This document shows, one piece after another, positions 43,918-51,992 of a stretch of DNA of 64,000 nucleotides; positions within the stretch are counted from its first letter, which is position 1; each line of letters opens with the position of its first letter. The stretch covers positions 39,304 through 103,303 of IMG/VR virus record IMGVR_UViG_3300045988_148533, one strand, 5' to 3'. The notes below the pieces were generated by a model that did not search any database, had not been told where the DNA came from, and was given only the letters and a program-made list of their open reading frames with translations. The translations under genes and the position numbers were made by a program. Source of the stretch: a virus.

Positions 43918-45372
43918 ACCAACTCGGCCCTTATTCAAGAACCTTTCAAACAGCAGCCCATACTCCAGAGGGTCAAGTTTTGTAATCCCTATAAGATAGG
44001 AAATAAGACATCCTCCAGCACTGCCCCTACTTATACCTGTCAATATGCCGTTTTCATGACACCAATTGACAATGTCTCGAGTTATTAGGAAGTAGTCAAT
44101 TACATTACCGAACTTAATCACGTCTATTTCCCTCTCTAATCGCTCCAATACGACATCTTCACCCCACCTGTCAACCAACTCAGGATGAGCAGCCAGACCT
44201 TCCTCTATGAGGCCTAAAAACATCTCCTCATTGGTTGTGTACTTAGCAGCCTCATCAGGCTTCATCTCGTACTTAGGAAGATGCCTGTTGGCTGTGTCTA
44301 TCGTAAAGTCACACCCATCCGCAATGTCATTCAACAGCTGCATTGACTCGAGAAACAACTCTGCACCCACCTCTTCTTCAGAGAATAACTGCAAGAATTC
44401 CTCATACACAGCCTCATTTGACTTAAAATACTGATTATCACTTGCATACCCCATTCTGCCTGCAATACGATGCAGCCTATCCGGAATATCCGCATATTCA
44501 GCATCTATGTACCATGCATCACTAAACACCAGAGGCACAAGATTAGTGTCATAGAAGAATTTCTTAAGGTTCTTCAAGTACCACTCATCATGCCTCTCAT
44601 CACTGTAAGCACACGTGTCAAGCTGATAGAAAGCTGTATCAATATTCGCCTTACGAAATTCTTCGTAATCAAGTGTCTTAGGGTCAAGAATAACAGTAAT
44701 ATCATCATTGTTTCCTACAATTTCCCTAAATCTGTCAAGTGCCACCCACCCTGAATTGACACAGTTAATCTCAGTGTTGATTGTTAAAAGGGTCTGCCAC
44801 CCTTCAAAATTTCGGGCATAGACTTTCACTACAAAACGCACATCACTGTCAATGTCATACACGGTACACCCCATCCCGATGATGGGTTTAATGCCGAACT
44901 TCTGACATTCCATCTGAAATTTTAAAGCCCCTGCAAGAGAATTAACTTCACAGACACCCAGATTCCTTACCCCAAGAAACTTAGCCTTGCGACACCAATC
45001 CGTGTAAGTACCGCTTCCTGAAAGAATCTCATACTGTCCATGAACCCCCAAAAAAGTGTCCGTAGGAAGAGGAAAGGTACTTTCACCGAGGTATTTCAGC
45101 CTGTTCAACTTGACATCATTCTCCTGCCCCCTGTCCAGCCAGTACCACACCCCTCCGAACCTATACACGTACCTGTCGGCAAGTGTTTCATTATCCTCAT
45201 GTGGTTCAGTGTTGTATGGCTTGCCTATAAAGCAAAAGCCGTCATCAAACAGTGAACCGTCATCGGCAGGCACATACAGCTCATACGTCCTGTCCCCTAT
45301 TTCCACAACGGCATCAGACACCTCTGTGTAGGCTATACCATTTTCCTTGAGATATGCTATCAGTTCTTCCAT
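43918..45372 (-). CDS. dnaE: DNA polymerase III alpha subunit, exon 1 (PHP + palm N-part); 3-prime boundary approximate
   Basis: GISRGSAGGCLISYLIGITKLDPLEYGLLFERFLN matches the conserved DnaE palm block. The track ORF reads 51 codons further into the insertion before its stop at 43762. Confidence 0.75.
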
Positions 45373-46016
45373 CTGTACATTTCTACTCTTGCCTGAATAA
45401 TATCCGTAACATCATCACCGTCATGACGGCCTATCCCAATCAGTGACTGAGCCAGACGCTCACTCTCATGATTGTTAATCTCATAAGCATCAGAATGATA
45501 GTCACACAGTATAATCTGTGCCTCCTTACCTGTTTCAGCTGCTACCCTGAACATCTCCTTAGCTTCATATATGAAGCGTAGGCTCCCGAAGAGTATGTCA
45601 CAGTTATCACGCTCAACCTCAGGCATTTTGGCAAACTTAGCAAGTGCTCTGTCCGCTGCCGTTCTCGCCCAGACATCATCGCCTGCAAGATGCTTTATCT
45701 CTTCACCGACACGCTGCAACAGCTCTCTGCCTGTAACGGATACTGAAGCCAGAGAGCCTCCGCTGCAGAAGTCGTATGGCTTGTGTGGGAGGTAAACAGT
45801 ACTGCGCATCTTCTTCCACATAGCATATTCCTGACTGAGAGTATTCACAGGCATTCTATTACCTGTGATGACGAAATACACGAAATCTCTTATTGCATCA
45901 GAAAAATCCACCTCTATAACAGAACGACCCTCAATAGCAGCCTTCTGCCTGTAAAGATTGGCGGTGTATGACTTACCACCGCCAATCACACCTATGAATC
46001 CATAAACCTTACTCAT
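45360..46016 (-). CDS. deoxynucleoside monophosphate kinase-like P-loop protein
   Basis: Walker A GVIGGGKSYT, with RELLQRVGEEIKHLAGDDVW and NNHESE blocks resembling T4 gp1-type dNMP kinase. Confidence 0.5.
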   Translation of the reverse strand: MSKVYGFIGVIGGGKSYTANLYRQKAAIEGRSVIEVDFSDAIRDFVYFVITGNRMPVNTLSQEYAMWKKMRSTVYLPHKPYDFCSGGSLASVSVTGRELLQRVGEEIKHLAGDDVWARTAADRALAKFAKMPEVERDNCDILFGSLRFIYEAKEMFRVAAETGKEAQIILCDYHSDAYEINNHESERLAQSLIGIGRHDGDDVTDIIQARVEMYRWKN

Positions 46017-46542
46017 ACATCGAAATATATGCAAGAATACGTGGAAAATCCTTACCGTGCCTGTGAATCAGCTTCATACACGTATCACGTGTCTCAAGTA
46101 TTTCCTTACTGCGATTACCATACGTTATCTCCTTGATACAGAAAATCAGCAGTTCAAGATAGTCGCAGCACTTAAACAGCGCATACTGTCTCTCATTCAA
46201 TGCAGCCTTGATATTCTCATCAGAATATTTCTCGAGATGAGTGCCCTGTGTCAATTCCTTCTCTATAACAGCCCATGCCCTCTTAGTTTCCTCACTGAAA
46301 TTCTTAACAGGATACGTCAGGTCGCCTGTAATGGCTTCCACGGCATCATGCTGAAGCACAATGTCAAACTCGTGCATGGTATATGCCACATCCTCAATTG
46401 AGGCCCACCACTTGAAAAGAATGGCGGTACGATAGCAGTGCTCCGCTATATTGTAGTGCTGATGGTGAAATGTACCTGTGAATCTTTCCACGTTGGACAT
46501 CCTGTACAGATTCTGTATGTCCTCTATAATATTACGCATCAT
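46009..46542 (-). CDS. HD-domain 5-prime-deoxynucleotidase (YfbR-like)
   Basis: NIAEHCYRTA ... LQHDAVEAITGDLTYPVK gives the H...HD...D pattern. Confidence 0.7.
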   Translation of the reverse strand: MMRNIIEDIQNLYRMSNVERFTGTFHHQHYNIAEHCYRTAILFKWWASIEDVAYTMHEFDIVLQHDAVEAITGDLTYPVKNFSEETKRAWAVIEKELTQGTHLEKYSDENIKAALNERQYALFKCCDYLELLIFCIKEITYGNRSKEILETRDTCMKLIHRHGKDFPRILAYISMYE

Positions 46543-47639
46543 AGTCCAAACACCTCATTAAGAATAGGGTTCTCAAATCTTTCCTGTGCAACAGGACATC
46601 CAAAGTGGTGAACCTTTTCCCACTTCCGAGCAAATACACGTATCCAGTCACGCTCCAGAGCGGACTTCGCCTTTTCAAGAGTATATTCCTTCATGCAGTC
46701 AACACCTTCTCTGAACAGTCTTTCCTGAGTGGCAATGCTAACCATAGCGTCATCAAAGTCAAACAGACTATTGAACGCCTTAGGATAGTAATAGCTGTGA
46801 ACAGGGAATTCCTCTCCATAGTACTTATTAGCGACATCCTCAACGAGAGGCACAAAATCCTCATACACGTGCAGATTGTCTGCCTTGTGATAGTACACAC
46901 CCACAGGCACACCCAGAATATTCGCAACATATTCCTGCATTAGGGTGAAGTTGAAAACATTCACTGCACTAAATCCCCATATCAGGTCATTGCTGCGAAT
47001 GTCCACATAACAGTTCAGCTTACCGTTCACAATCATAAAGTGAATGGAACGTGTACAGGGTGTATCCTTGGTAGGGAGAACCTGAAGATTCGTGTCAACA
47101 GGTTTCAGCCTAAACAGAAAGTCATCTGCAATGGGGTTGTGAATTGTGATGCACGCCTCACGAGTGGTTATATCCTCCTTGAACTTTTCCAAGACAAATC
47201 TAAGCTGGTCAACTCTACCCTTTGCAAGCAGCGGTGACTGCCAATCCTCCATGTACTGATTACCTGTCATTACATCGCTGTCCTTATACTGCATTACTCT
47301 CTTGAATGAATCATAGGCTCTTATGCGAGGGCCGTATCCAGCTCTCATATACTTGCCGTCATCCGAGAAATTATTCAAATTAGTGACATAGGCAGCAGGC
47401 ATTGTCATGCTGTTACTGCCTAATGCAAGCCACAGAGACTCCACCCATCCGAGTGTCCTGTTCCACTTGCGCTCTGGAACAGTAACATATCTCTCACATG
47501 GATTGGTTATAGCTATCATCACAGGCTCTGGAAACTCATAGCACCTGTGGCCACGCCTCATCTGTTCAATGCCGTGTTCCTTCAGTTCACGACAGAGGCG
47601 TATAAATGCCTGATTAAGACTGTCAAATTCAAAATACAT
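46539..47639 (-). CDS. divergent thymidylate synthase (ThyA) family enzyme; candidate dUMP hydroxymethylase or thymidylate synthase
   Basis: TPCTRSIHFMIVNGKLNCYVDIRSNDLIWGFSAVNVFNFTLMQEYVA aligns by eye to the ThyA block PCH..QFYV.DGKLSCQLYQRSxDxxLGxPFNIASY. The catalytic Cys and the uracil-reading Asn are retained. There is an extra C-terminal extension of about 90 aa. Confidence 0.65.
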   Translation of the reverse strand: MYFEFDSLNQAFIRLCRELKEHGIEQMRRGHRCYEFPEPVMIAITNPCERYVTVPERKWNRTLGWVESLWLALGSNSMTMPAAYVTNLNNFSDDGKYMRAGYGPRIRAYDSFKRVMQYKDSDVMTGNQYMEDWQSPLLAKGRVDQLRFVLEKFKEDITTREACITIHNPIADDFLFRLKPVDTNLQVLPTKDTPCTRSIHFMIVNGKLNCYVDIRSNDLIWGFSAVNVFNFTLMQEYVANILGVPVGVYYHKADNLHVYEDFVPLVEDVANKYYGEEFPVHSYYYPKAFNSLFDFDDAMVSIATQERLFREGVDCMKEYTLEKAKSALERDWIRVFARKWEKVHHFGCPVAQERFENPILNEVFGL

Positions 47640-47641
47640 AA

Positions 47642-48682
47642 CTAAATATTTTTAAGTAATACACTATTTCTATCGGGAAGTTTACATTTACCCCATTTGG
47701 GAGGGAAAACGTACTCCAAGCCACCATGAGGAGAATACATTCTCTTTATCCTCTCCTTGCTACCTGACTTGAAGGTAGCTCCAAGCCCCTTTGCATACTT
47801 GCTAATCTCACAGAAGCAGTTCTGCAAGTTGGTAAGCGTTGGAACAGGTTCCCACGGCAGAGGATGCCACTCCATGCCTGACTCTCTGCAGAAATCGTGC
47901 ATAAGTTCCTCAAAATTACTCTGAAGCCACCTTATTGCACCGACATAGTCATACTTCTTACCGTTAGCACCCTCAAATACCCACCGAATCCCCCTAAGAC
48001 TTCCTGGCCCTGTAACCACGAAATCATTCTCTGTAAAGTTGAATATAGAGGAGTAATTAAGGTCTATCGCGTACTGCTGCGCTATGAAATCACCATATAT
48101 GCGCATCGAGCGAAATTCCCTATATAGAGCCTCAAAGGAATCCGCCCTCAAAAAGTCCCACAGCCTGTCATTTCCAAAAATTTCATTCTGAAAAACTCTG
48201 AAATATGCCCTGTGCTTACTCAGCCCCTCCATCCAGCTGTACTCCGGCAGCTGATAGAAATATCCGGTAACAATGTATGCACTGTTGTATATGTTCACAC
48301 CCTCTTCAAGCAGTGTGTCCACATAGTCAGCCATCGCCTCAAGATAAGTACCTGTGTTCACATTATAGCGTATATCCCCGAATTCCTTTTCAAGGAGCTG
48401 CCACGTCTCAATCTTGTTAAAATGCTTGAACAACAGCACTCTAAAGAATATGTCCTCAGGGGTGTACTGCCTGCCATTATACAGAACATTCCGAATAAGG
48501 TACTGACTGACCCTGTCAAGACACCTGTAAACATTCGTAAAGGAATACTCACAGAGTATAGGGTCTGATGTCCACGGCTGCTCATCACCCCTGTACTTGT
48601 GCCAGAAAATATTCATCCGTTCACACATCCAGTACAGCAGCCATGTTAGATTCTCTTTATTCGGGATTATTCTGCTCTGCAT
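47642..48682 (-). CDS. aGPT-Pplase-like protein (putative DNA base hypermodification enzyme); start uncertain
   Basis: The motifs PWTSDPIL, FTNVYRCLDRVSQ and GDFIAQQYAIDLNYS...GPGSLRGI match my recollection of the alpha-glutamyl/putrescinyl thymine pyrophosphorylase family. This is not verified by search. Confidence 0.45.
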   Translation of the reverse strand: MQSRIIPNKENLTWLLYWMCERMNIFWHKYRGDEQPWTSDPILCEYSFTNVYRCLDRVSQYLIRNVLYNGRQYTPEDIFFRVLLFKHFNKIETWQLLEKEFGDIRYNVNTGTYLEAMADYVDTLLEEGVNIYNSAYIVTGYFYQLPEYSWMEGLSKHRAYFRVFQNEIFGNDRLWDFLRADSFEALYREFRSMRIYGDFIAQQYAIDLNYSSIFNFTENDFVVTGPGSLRGIRWVFEGANGKKYDYVGAIRWLQSNFEELMHDFCRESGMEWHPLPWEPVPTLTNLQNCFCEISKYAKGLGATFKSGSKERIKRMYSPHGGLEYVFPPKWGKCKLPDRNSVLLKNI

Positions 48683-49397
48683 ACCTATTCTGATTGATAT
48701 AGTTACCCTTATTAACGTATTCTCTAAATTCCCCACAAATTTCGGGAACACCAAAGAATTCAAAGATGCTGCACCCCAAATCCCACACAGGAGAACTGTA
48801 CGCTTCCTCCTTAATCACCACATTTGCCCCCTCAGCATTCAGCAGTGCAGCTTCCTCTCGTGACTTAGCAATGTCACTCTCAAAGCCACTTCTCTTGTGC
48901 CACATTGCGTCCCCCTTCGGAGGTTTTCCCGAACGGTACACCACCCTGTCATAGTACTCCTCATGTTCCTTTTCTGTAAAGTCATAGCGCACATATAGGA
49001 TGTTCATGAATTCACACACGGCTATAAGTTCCATCGGTCTAAGCCTCCATGAGACTGACGTGCCTGCCCCCTCCAGAAGAACATTCATCCTCTTCATGCC
49101 TACTTCCTTTAGGAAGTCTGACACACCTGCCGAATTGACAAATCTGCTTGTAACACTGTCCAGCCCCTGCCACCGCCTTACACCTTGATTTTCATAGAAC
49201 TTGCCTATCACAATTAAGTTGAATTCCGGAACATATACCCCCACTTCCTTCTCCTTGCCCTCAGAATTGACCCATCTGTACGGCTGAAATTCCACACCAA
49301 TGCTTTCCAGAAAATCAAGAAAGCAGTAAACCCGAGTGGATTTACCGCTTCCAGACGTACCCTTGACAAGGACTATGGTTCCGTAGTCCTTTATCAT
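48657..49397 (-). CDS. stand-alone P-loop kinase (candidate 5-hmdU DNA kinase)
   Basis: Walker A VKGTSGSGKST and Walker B-like MNVLLEGAG. The functional call rests on genomic context only. Confidence 0.4.
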   Translation of the reverse strand: MIKDYGTIVLVKGTSGSGKSTRVYCFLDFLESIGVEFQPYRWVNSEGKEKEVGVYVPEFNLIVIGKFYENQGVRRWQGLDSVTSRFVNSAGVSDFLKEVGMKRMNVLLEGAGTSVSWRLRPMELIAVCEFMNILYVRYDFTEKEHEEYYDRVVYRSGKPPKGDAMWHKRSGFESDIAKSREEAALLNAEGANVVIKEEAYSSPVWDLGCSIFEFFGVPEICGEFREYVNKGNYINQNRYAEQNNPE

Positions 49398-49401
49398 GAT
49401 G

Positions 49402-49992
49402 CTATTTCTTTTTTATGAGTGAAACAGATGTAACACGCTTCTTGACAGGCTTTGCATCGCCAATCTTGACCATGCACTTCTCCTTGCCGTCGCTGCTGCG
49501 ATACAGCCTTACAACTTCACCCTTTTCGTCAGTACCGGACAGCATGACATTGCATCCGACTTTCAGTCCGGGATTCTCGGTAGACTCCTCAATGTCCTCA
49601 CGCTTTGTAGCCACCTTTTCCTTCTTGGGCTTAGGAGCAGGCTTCGGAGCCATGTTCTTGTCTTTCTTGGTAGGTGACTTGCGCTTTGCCTGCCTCTCCT
49701 CGAATTCCTTCTCAGCCTCCTCAAGACGAGCCTGTTCCTCTTCAGAAATCGGGCTCTCCTCTTCGGGCTGAGGGTCAGGCTCAGGTTCCTTCTTGGATTT
49801 AGGTGCAGGCTTTTTCTTAGGTGCAGGCTTCGCTGCTTCCGATGCACTTTCGCCGAGTTTCTTGTCCAGAATGGACTGTGCTACTTTCTTTTCAGTTTCA
49901 GAGGATTCCTCGCTTTCTACGATAGCTTGCAGTTCCTCAATGCTTTTCCTGTTGTAGGAAAATTTCAGTGCTAATTCTTTGTTGTTTGCCAT
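49402..49992 (-). CDS. K/P/E-rich histone-H1-like low-complexity protein with C-terminal SH3/KOW-like module
   Basis: AAKPAPKKKPAPKSKKEPEP and MAPKPAPKPKKEK repeats. The C-terminus reads VGCNVMLSGTDEKGEVVRLYRSSDGKEKCMVKIGD. Confidence 0.5.
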   Translation of the reverse strand: MANNKELALKFSYNRKSIEELQAIVESEESSETEKKVAQSILDKKLGESASEAAKPAPKKKPAPKSKKEPEPDPQPEEESPISEEEQARLEEAEKEFEERQAKRKSPTKKDKNMAPKPAPKPKKEKVATKREDIEESTENPGLKVGCNVMLSGTDEKGEVVRLYRSSDGKEKCMVKIGDAKPVKKRVTSVSLIKKK

Positions 49993-50012
49993 AATCGTTT
50001 TTGTTTGTGATG

Positions 50013-50044
50013 CAAAATTAATACTTGTTATTTAATCTACCAAA
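50013..50044 (-). promoter_or_regulatory. Bacteroidota-type promoter (TTTG-N20-TAATTTTG)
   Basis: The minus strand reads AAATTTGGTAGATTAAATAACAAGTATTAATTTTGCATCACAAACAAAAACG followed by ATG. Confidence 0.6.
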
Positions 50045-50052
50045 TTTTTCTC

Positions 50053-50496
50053 TTATTTTCCCGTATGACCAAAACCACCCTCACCTCTTTCAGAACTGTC
50101 AAGCATGCTCTCACTGTCAACACTAATCATCGAGACATCATGTGTTTTCACTATCACCATCTGAGCTATTCTGTCATGATTGTGGACAACAAACGGCTCT
50201 TCTCCGTGATTCATCAGGATGACTCCAACTTCTCCACGGTAATCTGCATCAATAGTCCCAGGAGAATTAAGCACAGTAATTCCATGCTTTAAGGCAAGGC
50301 CACTTCGAGGTCTTATCTGGGCCTCAACACCTTCCGGCAGCTGCATCTTGATTCCTGTCGGAATCAATGACCTTTCATGAGGCATTATCATAATATTCTC
50401 ATTAAGACAGGCATAAATATCATATCCTGCCGAGAGCCTTGTCTGCTTCATTGGCATGATAGCCCCCTCCTTGAGGTAAATCTTTACTACTTCCAT
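50053..50496 (-). CDS. dut: dUTP pyrophosphatase
   Basis: Motifs SAGYDIYA, RSGLALKHGI, GTIDADYRGEV and ERGEGGFGHTG. Confidence 0.9.
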   Translation of the reverse strand: MEVVKIYLKEGAIMPMKQTRLSAGYDIYACLNENIMIMPHERSLIPTGIKMQLPEGVEAQIRPRSGLALKHGITVLNSPGTIDADYRGEVGVILMNHGEEPFVVHNHDRIAQMVIVKTHDVSMISVDSESMLDSSERGEGGFGHTGK

Positions 50497-50499
50497 TTT

Positions 50500-50958
50500 C
50501 TATATCAACTTGTAATTATTAATGATTGTCACATCTGTATAATTAACGTCATACGTCTCAGAACCAACCCTTATCCTCAGGGAATCCTTAGCTGGATTAT
50601 TACTTATAACTCTTGCCTCCTGACGATTATACCTGACAACAGTACCTCTGTATAGGAGATACCACTTGTCATAGTTCCCCTGTATTTTTCTCTGACTATC
50701 ATCTTTATACATAAATCGTGGAAGCCCATACGCCTGCCAGAACTCATTCCTAATGAAATTCTCACCATACAGTCTATCAGTGAATATATTAGGAACGCCC
50801 ATTCTTGCAGACACTTCCATTATCTTGGTAGCCTTTTTCTCTGCAATGTCCTCCGCAACCTTAGCATACGCAGTATCCCTGTATATCATGGAACGGAGCT
50901 TCTGTGTAAGATACTCCAACTGCAACACATACAGAAATTTCCTCTTTTCTTCTTTCAT
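50500..50958 (-). CDS. hypothetical protein
   Basis: 152-aa ORF. Confidence 0.5.
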   Translation of the reverse strand: MKEEKRKFLYVLQLEYLTQKLRSMIYRDTAYAKVAEDIAEKKATKIMEVSARMGVPNIFTDRLYGENFIRNEFWQAYGLPRFMYKDDSQRKIQGNYDKWYLLYRGTVVRYNRQEARVISNNPAKDSLRIRVGSETYDVNYTDVTIINNYKLI

Positions 50959-50963
50959 ATCAA

Positions 50964-51992
50964 CTAAATATGATTAAGGTAAAAATTCATCGGGTCCTGA
51001 GCATTAGCAAGAACCTCATTCAGCTGACTTACAGTTATATTTCCGGGGTCAACTCCTGGAATATCTATATTAGCGACCCTGACACTTTCAAAGTTTTTCG
51101 ACAGCAGCAGGGATGTTTCCTTGCTCTCCTGCACAGTCCCGTAGTCGTACAAAAGTAGTATATTTTTCACTCTCTTATGCTGTAACATATCTATCTGTCC
51201 CCTGCCTATGCTGTTACCGAATGTGAAACAGCATTTAAGCCACTCAATATCTCTTAGACCAAGAATATTCCAAATGTTGACAAAATCAAAAATACCCTCT
51301 ACAAGAATAACTGTATCAGTCACACCCTCCTGCAAAAAATCATAGCCCCCCAGTAAGTCCTGAAAGTTATTCTCACTATTGCGATACCTAAGCATCAAGT
51401 CTTCCTTATGTGCCTTGTATGCCTCAAGATTCCTCTTATGCCACTCCTTTGAATACCTACTTCTCGCCCACCACGCAACAGGCACACCATCTATCTTCAT
51501 CTTAAAGATAATGTAGTTATTCAGTCGCTTCTCCAAAGCAGAATCTGTGTAGGAGGGTTCAAACTCACGATAGTGTTCCTCTCTAAAACCTCTCTTATTT
51601 AAATATTCATCATCCGTCAATGGTTTTATACGCAAAGGCAGATTAATCGGCTTTAACGACTTAAAATCCTCCTTAGTTGAAGTATCCTGCATCCATTCCG
51701 ACACCTCACCCTGTGCTTCGAGCTTAGGCAGTCTGACATTTGCTGCTGTTTCCCTATAATTGATATGGCACAGGTCTTTTCTACCTATCTTCTGTAAAAA
51801 GTCGTACAGGGAAGTCTTACGTGGACATTTCCAACAGTGAAATGTGGCCACCCCATTTTCATTAAAAATGACACCCCATTTTCCTTTCTTACCGCAGAAG
51901 GGACATTCCATGTTCTTATTTGAAAACCACCCCTGCGACCCGAAAGGTGCAAGATTAAGCTCTGATATTATCTTATTCTTATCAAACCGCAT
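50964..51992 (-). CDS. DnaG-like DNA primase (zinc ribbon + TOPRIM)
   Basis: CPFCGKKGKWG...FHCWKC forms the zinc ribbon. VILVEGIFDF and LLLYDYG are TOPRIM acidic motifs. Confidence 0.7.
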   Translation of the reverse strand: MRFDKNKIISELNLAPFGSQGWFSNKNMECPFCGKKGKWGVIFNENGVATFHCWKCPRKTSLYDFLQKIGRKDLCHINYRETAANVRLPKLEAQGEVSEWMQDTSTKEDFKSLKPINLPLRIKPLTDDEYLNKRGFREEHYREFEPSYTDSALEKRLNNYIIFKMKIDGVPVAWWARSRYSKEWHKRNLEAYKAHKEDLMLRYRNSENNFQDLLGGYDFLQEGVTDTVILVEGIFDFVNIWNILGLRDIEWLKCCFTFGNSIGRGQIDMLQHKRVKNILLLYDYGTVQESKETSLLLSKNFESVRVANIDIPGVDPGNITVSQLNEVLANAQDPMNFYLNHI

